A stretch of DNA of 64,000 nt, from assembly GCA_046563655.1 (NCBI GenBank), contig CM102290.1, positions 6,448,001-6,512,000 of the forward strand. Direction: 5' to 3'. Below the pieces are notes generated by a model. That model was given only the letters and a program-made list of their open reading frames with translations. It searched no databases and was not told where the DNA came from. The stretch is from Yuukianura sp. NJ FZ-2021. Its lineage: Eukaryota. Shown here one piece after another: positions 51,140 to 61,702 of this stretch. The stretch's first letter is position 1. The number at the start of each line of letters is the position of its first letter. The position numbers and the translations under genes are program-made.

Positions 51140-52660
51140 ATGAGTGAAAAGAAAGTTCCTAGTGAACTTTCCAAGTTAAAAATCGACAAATCAGTCGCAT
51201 TCGGCGTGGAGGTAGAGGGACTATCTCCTGACGCGGAAGGACCGTTCTTGAGAAGCAAAACTTCTCCGAGTGTATCTCCAACTCCAACATCCAGTGCTAT
51301 AGTGTCAGTTCCTGCGGGTGCATCGACAATGGCAACATACAGTAAAGATGACGTGGACAGGATAGTTGCTGCTGCGGTAGCAAAAGCCATGAAAGGCGTG
51401 GAAGACAAAATAGTGTCCAGAGTGTCCACGGGAGTCGCTACTGCGGCCTCCACTGTGAGTGAAAGTGAAAGTCAGACAGAGGCGCTGATTGCTGCCTTAA
51501 AGAACGTGAAGTTTACCTCGTTGTCATCAAAGTTACCAGTTCCAAAATTCGACACAAGGAAGATGTCGGCGGCAGGATACCTTGCTGATGTAGAACGCTA
51601 CTACACAGCACAAGGACATTCAGAGCAACAGTTTTTGTACCTAGTGAAAACAGTGTTGCCAAGTGAGTCTCAGCCATGGTTTGAGCATATTTTAAATACA
51701 GTGACAACGTGGGACGAATTTAAAGATGCATTTATTGATCGTTACGACAATTGGATGGATGTGGCAGAGCGGACTAGACTCTTGCACACCCGAAGACAAC
51801 AATTACATGAACCAACTGAACATTTCATCTACGATATGGTGCGCAGTGCTAAATTAGTGTACCCACATGAAACAACAGCTGAGGCTGTTATGAGGGCGAA
51901 ACTGGCGCTATACCCTAGACTTCGTACAGCTCTAGGTACTGGCAGTTTTCCTACAGTTGAGTCATTGTTTGAAGCGTGTCGTGTTGCTCACGCTAACTTA
52001 AGTGCCGAGGATCGAATTAATCGTGAAAAATACCCAAAGCTACCACCAATTGTGAAAGTGGAATCAAAAAATTCAGAAAATGAAAAAAGTGGAAGTGATG
52101 GTGCGAGTTCCAGTGCTAATCACAAGAATAATGGAAATAACGGAAATTACTACAGAGGAAGAGGAAATTACAGTGGTGGTTACCGTGGCTCAAATTATCG
52201 TGGCAGAGGTGGCTACCATACTCAAAACCAGGAGCAAAGCCCGGTTCAGACAGCAAATGGGAGTCAGTTCACTGGCTTCCCCCCAAATCATGGTGATGTT
52301 CAAAATCAAGGTCAGAGTCAAGGTCAGAATCAGAGACCTTCTGCGGCAGACAGTTCTGTTCAAAATCAGAGTCAGTCAGTGCAGCGTGGTAGAGGTGGTT
52401 ATCGCGGAAATCGTGGTGGTAGTTCCAGTGGTCGTGGTAATGGTCGTGGGAATGGTAATTCGCAGCCAGTGAATCCAGAGGATGTCCAGAGCTACAAGTG
52501 TAGTGGTTACGGTCATCGACAGTTTCAGTGTCCTACGAACATGGGTGCGGCCTTAGGATCATTCAGTGAGGCGGCTAAAAAAGCTGTGGCTCAAAGCGAA
52601 AATGTGAACCAGGCTCAAGGGCCTTCTACTTCTACAAATATGAAAGAAAAGTTAAACTAA
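51140..52660 (+). CDS. gag: E3 gag (capsid-like domain, RGG-rich region, degenerate knuckle SYKCSGYGHRQFQC)
   Basis: PVPKFD, PWF...TTWDEFKDAFIDRY and RRQQLHEP. Stop follows the G TTA AAC heptamer at 52651, and the -1 frame is open into pol. Confidence 0.9.
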   Translation: MSEKKVPSELSKLKIDKSVAFGVEVEGLSPDAEGPFLRSKTSPSVSPTPTSSAIVSVPAGASTMATYSKDDVDRIVAAAVAKAMKGVEDKIVSRVSTGVATAASTVSESESQTEALIAALKNVKFTSLSSKLPVPKFDTRKMSAAGYLADVERYYTAQGHSEQQFLYLVKTVLPSESQPWFEHILNTVTTWDEFKDAFIDRYDNWMDVAERTRLLHTRRQQLHEPTEHFIYDMVRSAKLVYPHETTAEAVMRAKLALYPRLRTALGTGSFPTVESLFEACRVAHANLSAEDRINREKYPKLPPIVKVESKNSENEKSGSDGASSSANHKNNGNNGNYYRGRGNYSGGYRGSNYRGRGGYHTQNQEQSPVQTANGSQFTGFPPNHGDVQNQGQSQGQNQRPSAADSSVQNQSQSVQRGRGGYRGNRGGSSSGRGNGRGNGNSQPVNPEDVQSYKCSGYGHRQFQCPTNMGAALGSFSEAAKKAVAQSENVNQAQGPSTSTNMKEKLN

Positions 52661-55600
52661 AGGAGGGGAATGACGAGTCGTCCATCATTCACCCAACATT
52701 AATTCAAATCTCGGACGAAACTATACCATTTGTGAGTGTGACCGCGTACCAGTCAAAGTTCTTGGCTATTTTTGATACGGGATGTTCACAATCACTAATT
52801 GAAAGAAGTTTGTGTAAAAATTTAAATTCAGTTGTAGTGTCTTTAGAAAATAAGTCTACAACGACAATGAACAATCAGGAGCTACATTTAAGTGGTTTCA
52901 CCTTTGTGTACATAAAAATTGGAGAGAGAACGATTAGGTTTAGGTTCTTCGTGGCAGAATCTCTTCCTGTTCCGTGTGTTTTGGGTTCTGACTACATTGC
53001 TCAGAACGACATTGTGCTTCGATTAAAGTCAAAGCAGTTTTGGTTTGGTGCGAATGAGAGTCATAAATTTACTTTGGCTTTCGCCCATGGTACGACTGGT
53101 TCAGCGTACTTTGCAGTTGCTTTACCAAAAAGCAAAAACAGTGAAAGTGAAAGTGATATTCAAGAAAAAGTGCAAAAAGTGTTAAAACAGTTCCCGACTG
53201 TGGTTAGGGACGATGGGAAATTAGGAAGAACGGATTGGACTCATCATATTATTGAAGATGAAGGATACCCGCCAGCGAGGAATCCTTACAAAAAGTCACC
53301 AGCGATTCAGAAGGTGATAAATGATCAAATTGAACAGTTACTCAAGGAAGGGATAATTCGAGATTCAAGATCACCGTATGCAGCACCAGTTGTGTTAGTG
53401 CCAAAGAAAGATGGCAGCCAAAGACTCTGTGTGGATTATACTTGTTTAAATCAGCAAACGAAGACGAATGCAACTCCAATGGAAAGTGCACATTCCATTT
53501 TACATTCGATTCCTTCAAATCATTGGTATTCAGTGCTTGATTTGGACAGAGGCTACTGGCAAGTGATGTTGCATCCGGATAGTGTTGAAAAGTCAGCATT
53601 TGTGACACAGGATGGACATTATGAGTTTTTAGTGATGCCATTTGTTCTAAAAATAGTCCTAAAACGTGCCAACAGTTAATCAGAAGAGTGATTCGTGGGT
53701 TTTCTAATTTTGCGAAGGGTTATATGGATGACATCATCATTTTTAGTAAAACAGTGGATGAGCATATGGTGCATCTGTCTAAAGTGTTAACTAGGCTTAA
53801 GTTGGCAGGCCTAACCCTTAGTCGCAAAAAACTTCAGTTGTGTCAACGTGAAATTGATGTTTTAGGTCATAAGTTGTCAGGGTTTAAAAAAGTGTCCCAA
53901 AAAAGTGCAAGCGATTGTGGATTTTCCTACGCCTAAAAATGTGAAAGAAGTTCAACGATTTCATGGAATGGCTCAGTGGTACGCCAGTTTCATAGAACAT
54001 TTTGCACAAAAGGCAGAGCCTATGTACAGACTTTTAAGAAAAACTCAACCGTGGCAGTGGGGACCAGAACAACAGAAGTCATTTGAAGCAATTAAAGAAG
54101 CAATGTGCAACGATGTCATGATGTGGACTATGATCATCCAATTTTGTTAAAGTGTGATGCGTCTAAGTTAGGGTTGGGAGCAGCCTTGACGCAAGTGTTT
54201 AATGGTGTGGAGAGACCAGTTATGTTCATAAGCAAGACTCTACGAAATTCAGAAATTCGGTATCATATTTACGAGAAAGAGTTGTTTGCCATCATTTGGG
54301 CTTATCAAAAATTCAGGGAGTACATAGAAGGTCAAGAATTTACAATAATCACAGACAACAAAGCCCTGTCGTTTCTACAAAAGATGAAAGAGAGAAAACA
54401 AAAGTTACAGTTATGGGATGTGGAGATTAAGTCGTGGGGAGTGCCAATTAAACATCGAGCAGGGAAGGATAACGTGGAGTCGGACGCGCTTTCACGGGCT
54501 CCAGTTCCAGTGCAAGAAGATGATTTGGATTTTGACGACGATTCCCCAGAGTACATGTATTCGCCGATGGCCACGGCATTACTGTCATTCGACACTCCAA
54601 CATTCAAGCAGATGAAAGAAGAACAGGAGACAGATGAAGAATTGAAAAAGGTTATTCGTGCAGTGAAAAGTGGAAAAAGTGAGCAGCAGTACGTCCTGAA
54701 GAATGGGCTACTGAAAAAGAGAGTCAAAGACTTTGGCTTTCGCACCACTGTGGGAGTCTGCGGATATCCCGAAGAAGAGAGAGATGCAGAAACGGGGCCC
54801 CAAGCTTCTGACATTTCTCTAGAGAACGTTGTCCTAGCCTCTAATGGCGCAGCTCGCAGCGTATCTCAAACTCAACAAAGTGAGTTACTAGTGACAGTGG
54901 TTCCAAGGGTCTTAATCCCTAAAATTTTGCAAAATCTACACGATGTTCCAGAAGCGGCTCATCTAGGGATCAAAGCAACAAAAGTGAAAATTAAGAAGAG
55001 ATTTTTCTGGCATAATATGAACAAGGACATTAGTGAATATGTGCGTTCATGTCCAGTTTGTCAAGTAGTGAAAAGTGTTAATCATAAACCATTCGGGTTA
55101 CTTCAGGGAGCTAAGCCAGCTACCCAAGTTTTTGAAAAAATTTATGTGGACTTCTTAGGTCCGTTACCCCGCAGTTCAAATGGAAATGAATATTTGTTCG
55201 TTGTTGAAGATGACCTCTCCAAGTGGGTTGAACTTTTTCCAATTCGAAAAGCAACAGCGAATAAAGTAGTGAAAGTGCTAGTGGATGAGATATTCTGTAG
55301 ATATGGAACAGTGAAAACTATAGTGTCAGACAATGGAAGTCAGTTCATCTCTAAAACAATGGCTAAAATGACCAAAGACTGGAAAATCAATCATGTGTGC
55401 GTCAGTCCATATCACGCTCAGGCCAACTCAGTTGAAAGAGTTAATCGTGATTTAAAGCCTATGTTACAGGCCTATGTGGGTGCTAACCATAGAAGTTGGG
55501 ATATACACCTTCAAAAGTTCGCTTTAGCCCTGAGAACTACAGTGCATAGTTCAACTAAAGTGACACCTTCATTATTGAATTTAGGACGTGAGATACCATT

Positions 55601-56132
55601 ACCTATAGACAGAAGTTTACAGAGTGATCAAAGTGTAATTAATTCAGAAACAGTGGATTTAGCAAGCATTCCTAGGGAGTTAAGTGACATTGTTAGTTTT
55701 GTGCGTCAAAACATTCAAAAAGCTCATGATGCGAGTAAAAGGTACTACGACCAGCGTCACATTGAACCTACGTTTCAAGTTGGTGATTTTGTGTTAGCTA
55801 AGAGTCATGTTCAGTCTGATAAAGCCAAAGGAATTATGCAAAAATTGTCACATCGGTTCGTTGGTCCATTTCAAATTAGTGAAATTTTGACACCAGTGAC
55901 ATTCAAATTGGTTAGGTTGCCAGAAAGAACGTATTTTGGTAAGCGTCACGCGTCTGAGCTTAAGCCATATACAGTTCGCAAGTCGCAGTTCAAAGTACCG
56001 TTGGTGTCTGTCGTGTCAGAGGAATCGCCAGACCCAGACACTCTACCGGTGAGGCGAACAACAAGAAACATACAACGTGTTAACTACCGGACTTTAGCTG
56101 GTTACAGATCTTACAATTCAAGTACTAATTAG
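52651..56132 (+). pseudogene. pol: E3 pol (protease, RT, RNase H, integrase) with about three frameshifts in the RT/RH region
   Basis: FDTGCS; RLCVDY, MPF and YMDD; CDASK and TDNKAL; HHCC, DFLGP, SDNGSQF and NSVERVN; GPF motif. Confidence 0.95.
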
Positions 56133-56209
56133 ACGTTAATCATCAGTGTCTACTTTACCGTGAAGTGTCAATTGGGAGTCATAAGTGTTTGGCTTCCGTC
56201 ATTCTCAAC

Positions 56210-58084
56210 ATGCCTGGATCGATTCTGAAAGTAAGTAGTGCTAAGGAGAGGGTCCTAAGCTTTCTGCAGAAAAGGAATTTGTGTCTACGGAAGTACGGTA
56301 ATGCTAAAGAACGACCACAGGAATCTGACCCAGTTTATCTTCGTCGTGCAAGACTTCGTAATTCATGGTCAGTGTTTCCTCATAGTGTTCATCCATTTGT
56401 GGAAGATGTTGATTCTTGGAAGTTAGAGGAGTTCCTGGATACTAAACATACAGAAATCAAAGGAAAGTGGTATGAAGACCGTCGTAAGGATTTTAAGGTG
56501 ATTATAGTGGATAGTGAGCGTGCATTTCGACGTATGCTGAAGCATCTTCGTGAGTGCTCCGTCATTGCTGTGGATCTTGAGATGAGCTTCGACAAGGGAT
56601 ATATTGATAGATATATCTCACTTCTACAGTTATCGGTTCGTGGATGTGATTATCTTGTTGATACTTTCCAGTTGGTGCATCAGTGTGATCAACTTAAAGA
56701 AATTTTTCATGACAGCGAGACTTTAAAAGTTTTTCATGGAAGTGACAATGATCTACTCGCTCTACAGCTTCAATTTCAAGTTTTCATGGTTGGAATGATT
56801 GACGTTCAAGTGGTACATAAAGAGTTTTGTGGTGGTCAACCAATTGGATTTGACAAATTAGTTCATTTTTATCTCGGTTCGGAAGTGTCAGTTCCGAAAG
56901 AGTGCCAATTAAGTGACTTTCGTATTCGGCCCCTTACAAAAATGCATTCGGATATGCTAGAGTACGCTCGTAGCGATACTCATCTTCTTTTGCGAGTCTG
57001 CAGAGTGCTTCAAGTTAAGTACCCATTTGTACAGTTTAGGGATAAGTGGAAAAGTGCAGTGGACAAGTGCAATGTGATGTGTAAAAAGATGTATAAAATC
57101 AAACATCACCCTACGTCAAGTGAACTTGTTCAGCGGTTTGCTCAGGGTGGTGTCAATTCGGCTGTACTTTTGAAAATTTTTGAGTGGAGATCACAAGTAG
57201 CTCGTGCTTGTGATCGTCAACCAAGTGATGTGATTATCGACGAGTTATGTGTAAAAATAGCTACAAAGTTGCCAGTTGATTCATCAGAATTGACTAAGAT
57301 CCTTGGCAAAGTGGATCTTAGCAGTGATCATTTGTATAAGTTGTTAAAAATTACAGCTGAAAGTCAGACTGTAAATGTGGGCCCTATGGGAGTCGATTCA
57401 TCGGCCTCCGCTAGTTCAAGTGCTAATTTAGTGCCAGTAGACTACGATGACTGGGATGTACCAATGGTCATTCCTACGGTGCAGAGCCAGGTTCAAAATG
57501 ACGTTGTGCCTACTGCAAGTTCAAGTGTAAATATTAGTGACAGTGTGCCAGTGGCGGAAGACGACAAGTTATCTGTCATCTCAGATACTTCGATTTTGTC
57601 AGATGTGTCGGCTGAGCCTATGGAAGAGGACAAACCAGTGGAAGATGCAGAGGCAGATAGTGACATGACGGATGTGGAATGTGACATTGTAGAAGAGACT
57701 ATTGATGACGGAGATGCTGATGACGTATTGGAAGTCTTTGTTCCACAAGCGGATTTGGACCAGTTGGAGGAAGTACCGGAAGTTGTTGCAGTGCCTGGGA
57801 GGATAGTTGCAGAGGTAGACATTCCACAGCACAGACATGTACCAAATCCAGACCGTTGTGGGCATTGCGGTTCTTCTCGTCACTCGTGGGAGCAGTGTTT
57901 CTACCGTCGGCGTGGATTTTCTCGGGCTGAGGCCATCGCCAAGTACAAGTGGAGAAGGAAGAAAGACAATGCAAGGATCAACATTGCTCGTCGTGGGGAC
58001 TACGCTGAGCGCCAAGTTCGTCGACGGGAGAGGAGAGAGCAGAGAGACGAGGATGGAGCAGCCGCCGCCCGAGTTCGTCGCTGA
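56210..58084 (+). CDS. E3 ORF3: Rrp6/EXOSC10-like DEDDy 3'-5' exoribonuclease with HRDC domain, acidic tract, CCHC knuckle and Arg-rich tail
   Basis: ExoI IAVDLEM; LLQLS...DYLVDT; ExoII KVFHGSDND; QLSDFRIRPL; ExoIII MLEYARSDTHLLL; HRDC IFEWRSQVARACDRQPSDVI...KIATKLP; knuckle CGHCGSSRHSWEQC. Uninterrupted, intronless and inside the LTRs. Confidence 0.93.
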   Translation: MPGSILKVSSAKERVLSFLQKRNLCLRKYGNAKERPQESDPVYLRRARLRNSWSVFPHSVHPFVEDVDSWKLEEFLDTKHTEIKGKWYEDRRKDFKVIIVDSERAFRRMLKHLRECSVIAVDLEMSFDKGYIDRYISLLQLSVRGCDYLVDTFQLVHQCDQLKEIFHDSETLKVFHGSDNDLLALQLQFQVFMVGMIDVQVVHKEFCGGQPIGFDKLVHFYLGSEVSVPKECQLSDFRIRPLTKMHSDMLEYARSDTHLLLRVCRVLQVKYPFVQFRDKWKSAVDKCNVMCKKMYKIKHHPTSSELVQRFAQGGVNSAVLLKIFEWRSQVARACDRQPSDVIIDELCVKIATKLPVDSSELTKILGKVDLSSDHLYKLLKITAESQTVNVGPMGVDSSASASSSANLVPVDYDDWDVPMVIPTVQSQVQNDVVPTASSSVNISDSVPVAEDDKLSVISDTSILSDVSAEPMEEDKPVEDAEADSDMTDVECDIVEETIDDGDADDVLEVFVPQADLDQLEEVPEVVAVPGRIVAEVDIPQHRHVPNPDRCGHCGSSRHSWEQCFYRRRGFSRAEAIAKYKWRRKKDNARINIARRGDYAERQVRRRERREQRDEDGAAAARVRR

Positions 58085-58127
58085 TGGATGTCGGCCAGGG
58101 ACGACACCCATCATCTGGAGGGGAATG

Positions 58128-58503
58128 TGTTGGGCGTCGCTGCGTAGGCTTAGTAGCCATAAGATTATGTCTTATTGAGATTTCGTAGAGATGCGGCGAG
58201 AGAGTCGCGGGAGTTTTGGGATGTGGCGAGGTAGAGAGAGAGAGATGTATTTTGTGTATAGAGTTTAGTAGTTAGTTCTGATTTGGTGTTAGAGTGAGTT
58301 GGAGATCATTTTGTCATGATCATTTTATTCAGTGTTCATATTCAGTATTTATCGATACAATAAATACATGTTCATATATTTATGTATCGACGTGTTTAGC
58401 AGTGGTGATTTTCTGGAGGTTATTTGGGTCTGTGAGCCTGTAGGCTCGGAGAGTAGTCTGGTGGTGGTGTTTCATCAGTTGTTTAGCGTCGCAGGGCGTT
58501 ACA
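58128..58503 (+). repeat. E3 3' LTR (376 bp)
   Basis: Direct repeat of 50559-50932, preceded by the PPT. Confidence 0.97.
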
Positions 58504-60515
58504 TCACAGAATTTCACAATTTTGAGAATGTCAAATTTTTCAAAAACCAAAATTTTTGAAATTTAGAAACAAGAAGCATCTTGATGCTCGTTTGGGCGTG
58601 GCCAGATTCTACGAAGAGTGACTTTTCGAAAGCAGTCGAAGAACTAAACGCTATTTTGGCTTTCTTTCCTAACTGGATTCCATCTTTAGTCGAAAAAATG
58701 AAAATTGCGGTCTCCCTTGAAGAGTGGGATCAAGCATTGGAGAATGCTACAAGGTATAGAGTTCATTGACCTTTGATCTCTTCGTTGACCTTGACCTTTG
58801 ACCTCGTCTTTGAAATTTGAACTTGACCTGTCTTTCTAGAATTCTAGCTCTGTATTCAAACAATCTAGAAGTATTTCGACTTAAAATCCTCTACTCGTTT
58901 TATCGTGAAGGTGATATCAAAGAAACAACAAAAAATCTTGACCTCTTTTTCATCTTGTGCAAAAAATCAGAACCGAAAAACGCTCCATATTTTAACGAAT
59001 ACGGTCGCCTGTTTTCACAATTGGTAATTTTGAAAACATTTTCGTAATTTCAAAAATTTTTGCAAGAGAGGTTTTTTTTTCTAATTTTTTTTTGTTTCCA
59101 GTACCAGGGAAGTTTCAGTCCAGAAATCCTGGAGAAGTGCCTGGAATTTGCCCAGTTTGCATCCGAGTTGTGTCCAGACAACGGAACGTATGTTTCAGAC
59201 ATTGGTCGAATTTATCTACTGTTGAAGCAGCCAAAAGAAGCTCATGCGCAGTTCATCCGTGCTTCCAGCCTCAACAATGCTTCTCTTCCAGCCTTGTATG
59301 GTCTCATCATATGTCAGTTGGAAGAGATGAAGTTGACCTGGCAGGTCAACAACTCCAGTTTCTGCGTAACCTCTCTGGGGACACAGAGGCTACTGCGGAA
59401 TTGTTCTACTTGAATGCTGTCCTGGCCATAAAAGAAAATCGTGCTCCAGAAATCATTCTTGACAATTTGAATTCCAGCGTCCAAAGACATATTCGAGCAA
59501 TTCAAAAATTCCCGCTCAACATCCAGTTTCTCAAGGTCATCAATCCAGAATTTGTCATCAAAATTGTACGAGAGTATTTGGTGTTTGCACCACAAAAGGT
59601 GAGTTTGAAATCTCAAGGTCATTGACACCGGATCACTGAAATTTGAAATCTGAATGCTGATTGGTTGTTTTTCAGCCAATCACAAAAGGAATGCAGCCTC
59701 CGGTGGCAGTCGTTCAAGCATCACTGGTGCTTGGGATGCTGACGAAAATTTGCCCAGCACATCAAGATGCTTTTGATCATCCATGCACAAATCAAGTATC
59801 TGAGCAGAGAATTCGCTGCAGCTACACTGATTTTGAACAACCTTCTCAAAATTAGTATGATGAGAACGTTTTTCAAAAAAAAAATTCGAAGTTTTGTTCA
59901 AATTTTTTCTGTAAATTTTTTATGATTCATTATAGACAGCACTGGAACGGATTTTCATCTTCTATTGACCCAAGTCCACATTTCACAAAACGCTTGGGAC
60001 CAAGCTGCCCTTACACTGGAAGCAGCACTGAGCAACAATTTTGCTGTAAGTAAATTTCCAAATACAAAACACTTCAAAATTTTGAAATTTTTTTTGAAAC
60101 TAAGAAAATTTGGGCGAATTTTAGGTCCGACAGAATTTAAAGTACCATTTTCTGTTGGCCAAAGTTCAAGTTTCCCAGAAAGAAATCAAGGAAGCCAAGT
60201 TGACGTTGGAAACGGCTTTAAAAATCTTTGAGGAAATTGAAGCTCGACGCGTACTGCGTCGACGCAGTGCAGAATCAATGCAACCGACCACCGTTAACTT
60301 CAACATCTCCAACCAGTTTTCAGTTTACATCGAACTTATAGCAATTCTACAAACTCTTGGATTGGTTGACGAAGCAAAACGGCGAATGGACGAGGCAACT
60401 CTAAAATTTCAAGTAAAATTTATAAAACACAAATTTTTCAAATCTTTTCATTTTGTTTCAAAATTTTGAAATTTTTTGAAATTTTGAAGGGTACACATTT
60501 GGAAGGCCGTCTTAG

Positions 60516-60771
60516 CGGTTCCATGCCATTGTGTCAATTGAATTGTATCAACTGCCATTGCATCAACTGAATTGTGTCAACGCTCAATTGTATCAACGGC
60601 TACTTGTATCAACCAACGTAACCTAACCTAACCTAAGCTAAATTAAGCATTACACTCGTTGATACAATTAGTCGTTGATACAATTGGCCAGTTGATACAA
60701 TTCAAATTGACACAATTCAGTTGATGCAATGGCAGTTGATACAATTCAATTGATACAATGGCGTGCTACCG
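60516..60771. mobile_element. MITE (256 bp) with ~65-bp TIRs, CGG...CCG ends and 6-bp TSD TCTTAG, inserted in a TTC21B exon
   Basis: TCTTAG at 60510-15 and 60772-77. TIRs are built of ttgtatcaa-like subrepeats around a central (AACCT)n. Removing the element restores the frame GTHLEGRLSLTAAED. Confidence 0.92.
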
Positions 60772-61587
60772 TCTTAGCTTAACCGCCGCGGAAGATCATG
60801 TAGACAAAGGCGAAATTCCACAAGCGATGGAAATTTTGCAAAAAGTGACGCCTGACCAGCACCATTTTGTTGAAGCCCAAAAAATCATGACCGACATTTA
60901 CTTGAACTACAAGCGGGATCGACGTGCCTACACTGCATGTTTTGCCTACATACCAATTTTAAAAAATTTTCAAAATTTTCAAAATTTTCATTTTTTGACT
61001 TTGGTTTTTCAGAGAAATTGCCAAGTAATTACCCGACACCACCGAATTTGGTTTTGCTTGGAGAGGCGTACATGAGAATTCAAGAATCGGATAGAGAAAT
61101 TGAAGCATTTGAAAACGCCTTGACGAAAAATCCACTTGGCCCACTTTGACCGCCAAATTGGGAGAAGCACTGGTTCGAACACATCAATTTTCAAAGGCAA
61201 TTCATTTCTACCAAGATGCGGTCAAATCGGATGAAAATTTCCCACTCCGGCTAGAACTGGCCAATCTCCAACTAAAGCTTGGAAAATGGGATGGAGCAGA
61301 GAAAATAATTCAGCAGGCACTGGGTGACTTAAGGGACGCTGTGATTTTGATTGACGAAAATAAAAAAAAATGAAAATTGACAGGTCGCTCTAAAACTTCT
61401 TTCTTACCCACCCTTGTTCCACTCATGCGCCAAATGGGAGAAGTTGTTCTCCTCACCCTTTTGGCTAAGGTAAACAGAAATCTGTTCAAAACTCGTGAAT
61501 TTAATCCATCGAAGTCCGATTTTTCCATAAGTTAGCTTCGGTAGTCGAAAAATAGCAGGGTAGATAAAATTAGGATGATATTCGTCC

Positions 61588-61702
61588 GGTGGCTGAAATT
61601 GGATGAAAATTGGCCGAATTAGCTACTAGTGGCTGAAAATCGGCCGAATTCGTCTCTAGTGGCTGAAAATCGGTCGAAATAACCGCAAGTGGCTGAAATT
61701 TG
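61588..61702. repeat. Short intronic minisatellite (~30-bp units containing GTGGCTGAAA)
   Basis: Four GTGGCTGAAA cores spaced 30-40 bp apart within a TTC21B intron. Confidence 0.6.

Larger units (their letters stand above)
50559..58503 (+). mobile_element. Full-length Ty3/Gypsy LTR retrotransposon E3 (7.9 kb) with 4-bp TSD TCAC, carrying an Rrp6-like exonuclease
   Basis: LTRs at 50559-50932 and 58128-58503 (two substitutions and one AG indel seen). TCAC at 50555-58 and 58504-07. PBS TGGCGACCG at 50935. PPT GGAGGGGAA at 58117-58125. Confidence 0.98.

Noticed and set aside
56165..58084. The host EXOSC10/Rrp6 gene itself
   Set aside because: It is intronless, lies within TSD-flanked LTRs, lacks an evident PMC2NT domain and has a CCHC/Arg-rich tail, so no gene symbol was assigned.
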